64,000 nt of DNA from a virus (lineage: Duplodnaviria; Caudoviricetes): IMG/VR virus record IMGVR_UViG_3300036783_000204, positions 14,522 to 78,521 of that record; one strand, given 5' to 3'. Shown piece after piece: positions 9,525-17,514 of the stretch. The notes below the pieces were generated by a model. That model made no database searches and was not told the origin of the DNA. It saw only the letters and a program-made list of their open reading frames with translations. A program made the translations under genes and the position numbers. The stretch's first letter is position 1. The number at the start of each line of letters is the position of its first letter.

Positions 9525-9776
9525 ATGGTTGACGGATTGGGGACACGGGCCAGAATCGAGCACAACGCGAAGGTGCGTGCCGTGCTCAAAGATTTGGAAG
9601 TGCCCGCCACTGTCAAGAGCGGACGTCAGGACACGAGGTTGACGGTCGTCTTTGGGTTCGAGCGGTCGCAGACGAAGAAGCTCATGGAGGCCCTGACGGT
9701 GATGCGCGGGGTCGCCGGAGTCATGCGCAAGGTCGTCGAGGGCCTGGAGACGATCCACATCACCTGGGAAAAATAG
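9525..9776 (+). CDS. Hypothetical protein
   Basis: GAGG RBS and ATG 9525; 83 aa. Confidence 0.55.
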   Translation: MVDGLGTRARIEHNAKVRAVLKDLEVPATVKSGRQDTRLTVVFGFERSQTKKLMEALTVMRGVAGVMRKVVEGLETIHITWEK

Positions 9777-9923
9777 CGCAGGAAGTACCAGCGCGAACGT
9801 TACCACCCTGCACTCCGGCCGCCCAGCGGGCGGCGCGCAGCTCACGCAGTGCCTTAGCAACGCGTGTGCATTCTTTCTCAATTACTCGCAGCGGGGGGCC
9901 CCGAACCGTAGGGAACCGCATTC

Positions 9924-10232
9924 GTGAGTGACCCATTGCTCGACAAGCTGGCCCCGACTGCGGCGCGACTCGCACGCTTGCGAGCCATCAAGGACGGCCA
10001 GGTCAGCGCTGTCCGCCAGGAGTACGTCCACAACGGCACCGTCACGTGGGTCTGGATTCCGGTAACACCCACTCCTGCCACCGCCAACTGGCTATTGGAA
10101 CCGCAGGTGCGTGGCCTGTGGGCTCCTGGGCAGAGACACCTGATCCACCTGACCCTTGAGGGACACAGCGTCCTGAAGAGATACGAGGAATATCCCGAGC
10201 TTCTCGGCACACAGGAAGGGAATGTCACATGA
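9924..10232 (+). CDS. Hypothetical protein
   Basis: ORF overlapping next gene by ATGA. Confidence 0.55.
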   Translation: MSDPLLDKLAPTAARLARLRAIKDGQVSAVRQEYVHNGTVTWVWIPVTPTPATANWLLEPQVRGLWAPGQRHLIHLTLEGHSVLKRYEEYPELLGTQEGNVT

Positions 10233-10561
10233 CCAGCACGGAGAGACCGACACCGAAGGCCCCGCATTACACCCCGGGAGCCGTGACCTGGATTTTCGGC
10301 GGCCTATTCCTGGCCCTCGCCATGGTCGTGGGCCTCATTCCGGCGGAGGTGGGTCCGTCGTATGACGTGACGAGCTGCGGGAGCCCGCTGAACCACAGTG
10401 AACTGAGCGACGCGTCACTGGGCTCGTGCTCCTGGGCCTTACAGGGGCGAGAGAACTGGATGTGGGTCCTGCTGTTCGCCGGGGGCCTGGCCTTCGCTGT
10501 TGGCCTTCTCGCGGGCGCGATCCGGCACGCATGGGCGTCGATGGAGTGGGGTGAGGTGTGA
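10229..10561 (+). CDS. Two-TM membrane protein
   Basis: Two hydrophobic helices flanking a Cys-pair loop (CGSPL...C). Confidence 0.65.
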   Translation: MTSTERPTPKAPHYTPGAVTWIFGGLFLALAMVVGLIPAEVGPSYDVTSCGSPLNHSELSDASLGSCSWALQGRENWMWVLLFAGGLAFAVGLLAGAIRHAWASMEWGEV

Positions 10562-10713
10562 AGGAGTCCTTGAGCGTCACCACCCCGCGCCGCCGCTACC
10601 GGGTCGAGTCGGACGGCACGGTGCTCCGGCTGGACCCCGACGAGCCCGACTGGGTTCCCGACGACGGCCGCTACGGCCAAGAGGAACGCGTAGCCCTACC
10701 GAGGGCTTCGTAA
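10558..10713 (+). CDS. Hypothetical small protein (not in ORF track)
   Basis: GTGA overlap; 51-aa ORF. Confidence 0.35.
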   Translation: MKESLSVTTPRRRYRVESDGTVLRLDPDEPDWVPDDGRYGQEERVALPRAS

Positions 10714-10786
10714 TTCCGGTGGCGCCCGACCGTCTCAGGGGGATGCCGGGCACCACCCCCTCCAACTGAAAGGCGAGCACACGCAC

Positions 10787-11590
10787 GTGAGCACTCTCAT
10801 CTCAACCCCAGCGCCGACGAAGGTCATCATGGCGGGTTGTTGGCACTGCAATTCCGGGTGGGCCAAGCACGTCATCGGCATGGCCCCGGGCCTGCTGTCC
10901 GGCGAGGAACGCAAGGTCGTCCTCCATACCGGGGACTTCGGCTTCTGGCGGGGCATGCTGGGGCACAGCTACCTGACCACCGTTTCCCACGCCTTGACCA
11001 AGGCTGACGCGGAGCTGTACTTCGTGGACGGGAACCATGAGCAGCATGACGACCTGCGGGCGCTGCGGACAGACGTCCAGCACGGGCCTGTGCCGATCCG
11101 TAGCCGCATCTTCTGGCTTCCCCGGGGAAGCCGGTGGCGCTGGCATGACCATGACTGGCTGGCCCTGGGCGGCGCCGTGTCGGTCGACCGCGGACAGCGC
11201 ACGAAGGGGCTCAGCTGGTGGCCCGAAGAGGAGATCTCCGAGGCGGAGGCGGAGGCGGCGGCTGCTGCCGGAACGGCCGCCGTCATGGTGTGCCATGACT
11301 GCCCGTCGAGTGTGCCGCTGAAGCTGCCGAGGCCGCCGAAGATCTGGCGGCCCAGCGACCTGAAGCTGGCCGGACTCCACCGAGAGCACCTCCAGACTGT
11401 CGTGGACGTCGTCCAGCCGAAACTGTTGGTGCACGGCCATTACCACCTGGAGCACGACACCACGGTCGACACCTCGTGGGGCGGGATGCGGGTGACGGGC
11501 CTGGACTGCGACGGGGGCCCCGGAGACAACGTGCGGGTCCTCGACACCCGGACGCTGGCATGGACCTACCCGAAGGGAATCGCGGCGTGA
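10787..11590 (+). CDS. Calcineurin-like metallophosphoesterase
   Basis: Motifs GDFG, DGNHE, CHD, HGHYH; motif I reads GCWH instead of the usual GDxH. Confidence 0.85.
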   Translation: MSTLISTPAPTKVIMAGCWHCNSGWAKHVIGMAPGLLSGEERKVVLHTGDFGFWRGMLGHSYLTTVSHALTKADAELYFVDGNHEQHDDLRALRTDVQHGPVPIRSRIFWLPRGSRWRWHDHDWLALGGAVSVDRGQRTKGLSWWPEEEISEAEAEAAAAAGTAAVMVCHDCPSSVPLKLPRPPKIWRPSDLKLAGLHREHLQTVVDVVQPKLLVHGHYHLEHDTTVDTSWGGMRVTGLDCDGGPGDNVRVLDTRTLAWTYPKGIAA

Positions 11591-11985
11591 AGGACACTCG
11601 GCCCAGGGTTTTGCACTGTTACCCGACGTCGGTCGCACCTTCGGCGTTAAGCGTTGAGCGCGCGTGCCACGACTGTGGGGCGGGAATCTGGGTATCGACG
11701 GGCATGATGCACCTGGTGGATACCCGCGCCGTTCGAGCGATGTGCCCTCCGTGTATCGCACGGCGCAGCAGCCAGATCGCGGCGTTCGAGGTGCACCCGG
11801 CGCAGACGGGCCAGCTCGCCGAAATGGGCCTCCTGGGCGAGGCTGACCAGATCGCGACCGTGTTCAACCAGGCATTGAGGTGCGGGGCACTGTTCCTGTG
11901 CCCTCGATGCGGCGAGGCATCCTTGCAGCTTGAGGGCGCCGAACAGGGTTACTGCGTCGCCTGTCTCGATTGGACGGTCGAATGA
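11587..11985 (+). CDS. Zinc-finger protein
   Basis: GTGA overlap; four CxxC pairs. Confidence 0.6.
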   Translation: MKDTRPRVLHCYPTSVAPSALSVERACHDCGAGIWVSTGMMHLVDTRAVRAMCPPCIARRSSQIAAFEVHPAQTGQLAEMGLLGEADQIATVFNQALRCGALFLCPRCGEASLQLEGAEQGYCVACLDWTVE

Positions 11986-12299
11986 GCCAGCACGCGCCGG
12001 ACACGATCACCCGCCGGGAGTGGTTGCGCCGGTGGGCCCAGATGCTGGGTTTGCCGCCCTGGATCACGGACGCAGCGATCGCCACCACCGGGCGGCGGGC
12101 CTACTGGACGGAGCCGGTCGACCCGATGACCGGCGAGTCGCGTGCATTCCGGTGGGTTCGGCGGAACGAGGATAAGCCGCATCGGTGTCCTGAATGCCAT
12201 CATGTGGTCACATGGAATCGCGCTCGGTATGCACCGCGTACGCGTTTGAAATGCGATTCATGCCGGGTGCAATGGCGTTCCGGGATGCGGGTTTGGTAG
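11982..12299 (+). CDS. Zinc-ribbon protein
   Basis: ATGA overlap; CPEC...CDSC. Confidence 0.6.
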   Translation: MSQHAPDTITRREWLRRWAQMLGLPPWITDAAIATTGRRAYWTEPVDPMTGESRAFRWVRRNEDKPHRCPECHHVVTWNRARYAPRTRLKCDSCRVQWRSGMRVW

Positions 12300-12390
12300 G
12301 CCGGTGAGAGGATGGGAATATACGTTCGATCCGTCCGCGAACCTCCCTTCGCTCCGGCGGAACCCAGCTCGATGACCGAGGAATTTCCCT

Positions 12391-12879
12391 GTGCGCCGAC
12401 GACTGAAGTACTGGCTACGTCTCGTGAAGTACTGGCTGCGACTTGCTGTCCGGAGTTCCGGCCCCACACTCCTCTTCTGGGCCGTATGGATATGGCTCGA
12501 TATCCACGGCGGGCACCCCGCGCCGTGGATGTGGCTCCTCCGGGCCGGGGAAAGCGCCGCACTCCTGGGGTTGGCGACCTTCCTCGTGCACCGATTGCGG
12601 CTGAAGGACGCGGTGCATCTCCTTCAATACCCGCGCCTCACCCCGCCGCAGAATGTCCGCGTCTTCCTGGCCTCCGGCGACGTGATTCCGGTGGAGTGTG
12701 TCCATGTCGCCTACGTGGGCCCTTTCCCGGTGTGGGAGGTCGCGACGCCGATGCCCGCAGGCGATCCCGTGCTCCAGATCCGCGGAGAGCGGGGCCCGGA
12801 CGGCGCCGTTGTCGTGTGCCCGCGCTCGAAGTCAGCCCCCCCGTCTCCGGCGTCGGGCCTCGGCCACCCAACGTTGTAG
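12391..12879 (+). CDS. Putative membrane protein
   Basis: Hydrophobic N-half; convergent overlap with the - strand operon end. Confidence 0.45.
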   Translation: MRRRLKYWLRLVKYWLRLAVRSSGPTLLFWAVWIWLDIHGGHPAPWMWLLRAGESAALLGLATFLVHRLRLKDAVHLLQYPRLTPPQNVRVFLASGDVIPVECVHVAYVGPFPVWEVATPMPAGDPVLQIRGERGPDGAVVVCPRSKSAPPSPASGLGHPTL

Positions 12880-13182
12880 GTCTTGGTAGCGGTAGCGCGG
12901 CCCGTCGGGTGTCTCCACCGGCTTCAGGCCACGCTCCCTCCAGGAGTAGATGGTGCGGCGCGACACGTTCATGGCGTCGGCCGCCAGTTCCGCCGTGAGC
13001 AGGTCGGTGGGCTCGTAGGTGTGGACGGCCGGGAGAATCCACCGTTGGGCCGCAGCGGCCATCTGGGCGTCCAGGAGGGCCACCCCGCCTGGGTCGATTC
13101 GCTCCCAGCCCCTGCGGTACATCTGAGCGACCCGCCGAGCGATGTCGAGGGGTGAATCCCCCGGCCACGGCCAGCCGCTCAC
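12832..13182 (-). CDS. HTH DNA-binding protein (MerR/excisionase-like C-terminal HTH)
   Basis: LLTAELAADAMNVSRRTIYSWRERGL...GPRYRYQDL. Confidence 0.75.
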   Translation of the reverse strand: MSGWPWPGDSPLDIARRVAQMYRRGWERIDPGGVALLDAQMAAAAQRWILPAVHTYEPTDLLTAELAADAMNVSRRTIYSWRERGLKPVETPDGPRYRYQDLQRWVAEARRRRRGG

Positions 13183-13361
13183 GATTCATCGCGCTCCCGT
13201 TGTTCGTTGCGGACCTGGGCGCGGCCCTCCCGCCGCTCCCGGCGGTTGCCCTGCCTTTTGATCCTCTTCACTGCTCCGGCCTTCTGTGTCCAGCAGTAGA
13301 GGCGACGCCAGGGGCCGTGGACGTCCTGCTCCGCGCTGCCGACGCGGCGCCGCTTCATCAT
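13179..13361 (-). CDS. Small Arg/Lys-rich phage protein
   Basis: ATG 13361; WRRLYCW...KRIKRQGNRRERR motif; overlaps both neighbours. Confidence 0.6.
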   Translation of the reverse strand: MMKRRRVGSAEQDVHGPWRRLYCWTQKAGAVKRIKRQGNRRERREGRAQVRNEQRERDES

Positions 13362-13729
13362 GTGTCCTCGTCGGTCCTGTAGATGGCCGTGGGAATCCCG
13401 GCGGCCTTGGCCATCGCTGCGCAAGCGCTGGCTCCGGCGGAGTCCCCCCGGATGAACGCCAGACATTCGTCGGCACCGAGGCGCACCATTTCGGCGTTGC
13501 GGATCATCCCGGCGCGGCGGCGGTGCGTCTTCCAGTCGGCGGGGTGGATCTCGGTGGGGATCTTCCAGAGTCTGGCGACGTACTGGGCGATCTGGTCTGC
13601 TCCGCGCGGGCAACCTCCGTTGACGATGAGCAGGTCTTCGTGCTTCTGCTTCGCCTCGACGATCGCCGTGGCGATGGTGGCGCCGTCGGTCCAGCTGCGG
13701 GAGCCGGTGATGAGGAGGCGGTAGGTCAT
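13358..13729 (-). CDS. SLOG-family (DUF2493/YspA-like) protein
   Basis: LITGSRSW, VNGGCPRGAD, AGMIRNAEM, GAS motifs. Confidence 0.85.
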   Translation of the reverse strand: MTYRLLITGSRSWTDGATIATAIVEAKQKHEDLLIVNGGCPRGADQIAQYVARLWKIPTEIHPADWKTHRRRAGMIRNAEMVRLGADECLAFIRGDSAGASACAAMAKAAGIPTAIYRTDEDT

Positions 13730-13902
13730 TCCCACTCCGCGATCTCGACGGGTGGGCCGAACACGTCGACGATGATCGTGCGCTCAGCGAAGAGGCGACG
13801 GAACTTCCGGACGGCATCTCGGAGGGATTCGCCCGGCATCTCGCAGTAGCGGGGGTTGATCGCCTTCGGGCCGGTGAGGTACTTGATCAAGTATTTAGTC
13901 AT
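13726..13902 (-). CDS. Hypothetical small protein (not in ORF track)
   Basis: MTKYLIKYLTGPKAINPRYCEMPG..., ATGA overlap with downstream gene. Confidence 0.5.
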   Translation of the reverse strand: MTKYLIKYLTGPKAINPRYCEMPGESLRDAVRKFRRLFAERTIIVDVFGPPVEIAEWE

Positions 13903-14110
13903 GCGGCTGCTCCTCGGAGTTGATTTTCCGGGCGAGGACGAGGGCCGCCCAGTCGTGGCGCCAGAACCGCACCGGAAGGTCGTCGACCGTGAAGGCCTCG
14001 TCTGCGAAGACGGCGGCCAGCAGCTGCGTTTCCTTGGGGTCGAGCCGAACCCCGTCTGGGCACTCGCGCAGGCGGGCAGCTGCTTCGCGTAGCTCGTCGG
14101 CGGGGCTCAT
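13895..14110 (-). CDS. Hypothetical protein
   Basis: ATG 14110, operon-packed. Confidence 0.55.
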   Translation of the reverse strand: MSPADELREAAARLRECPDGVRLDPKETQLLAAVFADEAFTVDDLPVRFWRHDWAALVLARKINSEEQPHD

Positions 14111-14325
14111 GCATCCTCCAGGGCGCGTTCCTCGCGCCAGGCCGCAACCTGGGCCTGGATGCTGAGGGTCACCTGAAGCCTCGTGCGCTCCCACGCACGC
14201 TGAAGTCCTTCGCACACCTTGGAAAGGTGCTCAGCGTCGGCCCAGGACACCGCAGCGTCTCCGAGTCGTTCGATGCGCCACATCGGCGCACCCCCGCAGA
14301 TCTCGCAACAAAATGCGTAGCTCAT
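14107..14325 (-). CDS. Hypothetical protein
   Basis: ATG 14325, ATGA overlaps. Confidence 0.55.
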   Translation of the reverse strand: MSYAFCCEICGGAPMWRIERLGDAAVSWADAEHLSKVCEGLQRAWERTRLQVTLSIQAQVAAWREERALEDA

Positions 14326-15089
14326 GCGACATTCACCTTCCGTTCTTCGCGGTCGACGAGGACCAGGCACAGATGCTCGTATTCGTCCCAGGTGTAGGGC
14401 CGGTTGCATTCCCGGCATTCGATGAGGTCCGACCCGTCTTCCCGTTCCAGTGCCATCGCTTCGCAGCGCGGGCAGGGAACGGGTAGGCGGTGGGTCAGCT
14501 TCGTGTAGCCGAGGAAGACGCGGCACCGTTGGTGCAGGCGAAGGAAATTCTGGGCGCCGTCGAGTCCGTCGCGGGCGGCGATGTAGCGGTGGCCGCACTC
14601 CCAGATCACGTGCTTCTCGTCGCGTAGCGCCAGGAATGCGGTGGTGGAGCCGGACAGCAGCTGGCAGGCCCGGTCCAGGCGCCAGCCGGGGCGGACGCGG
14701 CCTGTCGTCCAGGTGACGTTGAGGACGTTCGCGACGCTGCGGGCCCAGGCATCGGCCTCGCGCACCAGATCACGTTGCAGGGCTTCGATGTGCAACCGGA
14801 TGGGCACGGGAAGTTCACGGGTCATCCGCACCGGCTCCCCGCCGACGGTGGTGCCTTTACCCAGGATGAGGTTCAGTTTCGTGTAGTCGCCGGGGAGTTC
14901 GCCGAGCGCGCGTTCCACGTGTCGGGTACAGGTGTCGCAGAGGCCGTCGAAGGCGTTGATGGCTCGGCCGAGCCGTGTTCCGTCGACCATTTCGTAGTCG
15001 GGGCAATGTTCCCCGCGTCGGCAGCGATGTTCCATGGCCATCCTCCAGCCGCATTGGTAGGCTTCGGCTACCAACGGCTTTCGTGACAT
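14322..15089 (-). CDS. Zinc-ribbon protein, possible late-gene regulator
   Basis: N-terminal CxxC and C-terminal CPRC...CREC ribbon; position typical of actinophage late regulators (inference). Confidence 0.7.
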   Translation of the reverse strand: MSRKPLVAEAYQCGWRMAMEHRCRRGEHCPDYEMVDGTRLGRAINAFDGLCDTCTRHVERALGELPGDYTKLNLILGKGTTVGGEPVRMTRELPVPIRLHIEALQRDLVREADAWARSVANVLNVTWTTGRVRPGWRLDRACQLLSGSTTAFLALRDEKHVIWECGHRYIAARDGLDGAQNFLRLHQRCRVFLGYTKLTHRLPVPCPRCEAMALEREDGSDLIECRECNRPYTWDEYEHLCLVLVDREERKVNVA

Positions 15090-15112
15090 GGCTGCTGCGA
15101 ATCCCGATGCGG

Positions 15113-15140
15113 AACCCCCGGGCGCCCCTTCCCGGGGGTT
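15113..15140. terminator. GC-rich hairpin, possible intrinsic terminator
   Basis: AACCCCCGGG-N8-CCCGGGGGTT perfect 10-bp stem, T-rich on + side. Confidence 0.45.
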
Positions 15141-15143
15141 TCT

Positions 15144-15608
15144 TTATGTGCTGTCGTCCTCGTCTGAAACGTGGCTGTTGACGACCCTGGCGAATGCGAG
15201 GGCACGGGCGTCCACGTCGAGCACGTCGGCCGCGGCGGAGTCGAGCCACGCCGCGAGGGGTTCAGCAACGGCGGGGCCCATGAGGGCGATCCAGGAGGCG
15301 TTGCCTGCCATGTGGGCGGATTCGAGGTCGGCGATGGTGCCGTGGGTAGTCCAGCCGGGCTCTTCGGTTTCGTGCGTGACCCACCAGCAGTTGTGCTGTT
15401 CGAGGTATTCGGCAGCCCATGTCCCGCCGCTGGTGTTGGCGGCGAGTTCGCGCAGGCGTGCCGCTGCGGTACGGAGTTCACTCAGGTCGCGCATACACGT
15501 GCACGCGCGTAGGTACGTTCGCTTGTAGTTGCACTCGGCTTCGTGCGTCGACGCTTCGCGTCTCCACGTGCATTCACTGCACATACACGTGTTCACGTTG
15601 ATATGCAT
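15144..15608 (-). CDS. Hypothetical protein (Ead/Ea22-like C-terminal motif)
   Basis: GGGAGG RBS and ATG 15608; ASWIALMGPAVAEPLAAWL. Confidence 0.6.
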   Translation of the reverse strand: MHINVNTCMCSECTWRREASTHEAECNYKRTYLRACTCMRDLSELRTAAARLRELAANTSGGTWAAEYLEQHNCWWVTHETEEPGWTTHGTIADLESAHMAGNASWIALMGPAVAEPLAAWLDSAAADVLDVDARALAFARVVNSHVSDEDDST

Positions 15609-16189
15609 GTGCTCACCTCCCTGGCGCAGTAGGGGTGCCCGGCGCGCACCAGGAGCGCCATCAGGTCGCCCAGCTCGACGCGGATCGGCGTCGTGGCCAG
15701 CGGCCCGCGGAAGGTGCCTTCGACAGCGAGGAAGACGAGATCGCAGGCGGGTAGCCAGGCCCACCATTTGCCGGGGTCGGCCTTTCCCGGCCGCCGTTGG
15801 ATCAGGAAGCCCATGACGGCGCCTGCCGCCTGGGTCTGCTCCTGGGTCTCCGCCATGGCGTCCCGGATTTCCCTGTCCGTCATGTACTGGCGGTACTTCA
15901 GCTGCCACACGAACGGGGTGCCTCGGATGTCCCCGGTATCGGCGCTTGCGCGGTCGGTGGTGCGGAAGCCGGTGACGACAGCGCGTTCGGACTCCGGCCA
16001 CCAGGTCTTGAGGTACTTCGCGAGGGTGCGCTCCGCGACGGCGCCCTTCTGGCGTGAGGCTCGTCCCAGTGCAGCGTGGTCGGTCAGTTCACGTTCGCCT
16101 GCCTGCGGGTAAAGGGTCGGGCGGCCACATATCCGGTGACCGCCCGACAGGCTATTGTGTGACGGATTACGAGTCCGTTGCCCACTCAA
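15593..16189 (-). CDS. PD-(D/E)xK Holliday junction resolvase-like nuclease (start uncertain)
   Basis: SRQKGAVAER...DTGDI...WQLK...IQRRPGK pattern of actinophage resolvases. Confidence 0.75.
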   Translation of the reverse strand: MSGQRTRNPSHNSLSGGHRICGRPTLYPQAGERELTDHAALGRASRQKGAVAERTLAKYLKTWWPESERAVVTGFRTTDRASADTGDIRGTPFVWQLKYRQYMTDREIRDAMAETQEQTQAAGAVMGFLIQRRPGKADPGKWWAWLPACDLVFLAVEGTFRGPLATTPIRVELGDLMALLVRAGHPYCAREVSTCIST

Positions 16190-16255
16190 AGGGCGACAAT
16201 GGAACTACCATTTCGTGGCGTCACCACGTTTAAACGTCCGAATCAGGGTCAGTAC

Positions 16256-16326
16256 TGCTGTGCTCTCCTGTTGAGCTACGGAGCCATGGTGGAGGCTCCG
16301 GCCGGATTTGCACCGGCATCCCAGCA
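16256..16326 (-). ncRNA. Circularly permuted tRNA-like RNA, unit 2 (YrlA-like topology)
   Basis: 5'-TGCTG|GGAT|GCCGG-TGCAAAT-CCGGC|CGGAGCC|TCCACCAT|GGCTCCG|TA|GCTC-AACAGGA-GAGC|A|CAGCA-3'; all four helices pair. Confidence 0.8.
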
Positions 16327-16397
16327 AGTATCGTCCGGACGTGGTCGATGTGACACACGGTAGCAATGCTGAGTCTGCGGCAAGAATCTGATCCGCG

Positions 16398-16471
16398 TCC
16401 CGCGCCTCTACCGCTTGGGCTACCCGGGCATGAAGAGCCCAGGGCAGGATTCGAACCTGCACGTAACGGGA
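16398..16471 (-). ncRNA. Circularly permuted tRNA-like RNA, unit 1 (YrlA-like topology)
   Basis: 5'-TCCCG|TTACGT|GCAGG-TTCGAAT-CCTGC|CCTGGGC|TCTTCAT|GCCCGGG|TA|GCC-CAAGCGGTAGA-GGC|G|CGGGA-3'; all four helices pair. Confidence 0.85.
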
Positions 16472-16535
16472 TATTCGGGTGATCGTCAGTCTGAGTCTGT
16501 GCTGAATCTGTGCCATCCCTGCTGCGCAGGGAAAC

Positions 16536-17270
16536 CTAGGGGCGGAGGAGGAACTCGAAGAACGACTTGCCGATCTTCAGCTCCGCAACCTCCGCCGAGT
16601 TCGCTGCCTCACGTGCCGTCTTCACTGCCCGCTGAAGCGCCTCCACGCGTTCCGTCAGCACCTTAATGCGGGCCGCCTGGAGCGCGCCGGAGAACTTCAC
16701 CGTCGTCCACGTTCCCACAATAACGTCTTCGTGGAAAGCGTCCACGATGGCCTGGTGGTGCTCGGTCGCCGGGGCGCGCACGAAGGCCTTCGGGACCTTC
16801 TTCGTGCGTGTCGTCTCGACCGGGTCGGTGGCGAACGCGTCGGTGGTGTCGTCGTAGGTCCAGTGCTCGGCCTGGTCCAGCATCGGCAGTTTGCGCACGA
16901 ACGTGGCGAGGTCCACGAGCTGCTTCTCCAAGAACAGCAGGACGGTGACGGGCACCGCTTCGAGGACGGTGACATCGCCGACGACAACATCGGCGGTGGC
17001 GCCACGGTTGGAGTTTTCCAGGCTGGCCACCACATCGAACATGCGGCTCAGCCGGTCGGCCACCTGGTCGATGACCTCGGTGGCGCGGACCTGCACCCGC
17101 GTCGACTCCGGCGGAAGGTGGTCTCCCTCCTCGTCGCGCGGCTGGTAGGTGCGGGCCAGGCCCGAAAGCAGGGCAGGCTTCGCCAGGGTGTGGTAGGCGT
17201 TGGTCAGTTCGCCTGCCGCGCCGGACTTCTCGCCCTTGGCGATCGCAATCAGCTGGTGAAGCTGGGTCAT
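16536..17270 (-). CDS. Uncharacterised 244-aa helical/coiled-coil protein immediately upstream of the tRNA-like RNAs
   Basis: GAGGAG RBS, ATG 17270; no catalytic or TROVE/vWA motif recognised. Confidence 0.85.
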   Translation of the reverse strand: MTQLHQLIAIAKGEKSGAAGELTNAYHTLAKPALLSGLARTYQPRDEEGDHLPPESTRVQVRATEVIDQVADRLSRMFDVVASLENSNRGATADVVVGDVTVLEAVPVTVLLFLEKQLVDLATFVRKLPMLDQAEHWTYDDTTDAFATDPVETTRTKKVPKAFVRAPATEHHQAIVDAFHEDVIVGTWTTVKFSGALQAARIKVLTERVEALQRAVKTAREAANSAEVAELKIGKSFFEFLLRP

Positions 17271-17277
17271 GTGCTCC

Positions 17278-17514
17278 TCATTTCACTGAGTCTGTTTCCT
17301 CGGGTTCCCTGTGTGCAACCCGAGCCTCTTTCCCCTCCTGGAACCCTTTCCGGAAGCCGTAGAGGGCCAGGAAACCGCCACTGGCAACGGACGCAAGGAT
17401 CATCGGCACCAGGAACAGCGGGTACGCGGACGCGGCCGCGCTGCTGATAAGGGCGACGAAGCTGCCCAGGCCGCCCTGTAGGAGAAGCATGCAGTCGGGA
17501 ATCCGTCGAATCAC
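17278..17514 (-). CDS. Two-TM membrane protein
   Basis: Two hydrophobic helices. Confidence 0.6.
   Translation of the reverse strand: MIRRIPDCMLLLQGGLGSFVALISSAAASAYPLFLVPMILASVASGGFLALYGFRKGFQEGKEARVAHREPEETDSVK

Noticed and set aside
12404-12437. Short direct repeat TGAAGTACTGGCT x2 (21-bp period)
   Set aside because: In-frame micro-duplication (KYWLRL twice) in a weakly supported ORF; no further copies
16256-16471. Reading the two tRNA-like units as one conventional or intron-containing tRNA
   Set aside because: The 5' half GCCCGGG does not pair with the following 3' half CGGAGCC; pairing works only in the permuted arrangement, and no anticodon loop is present
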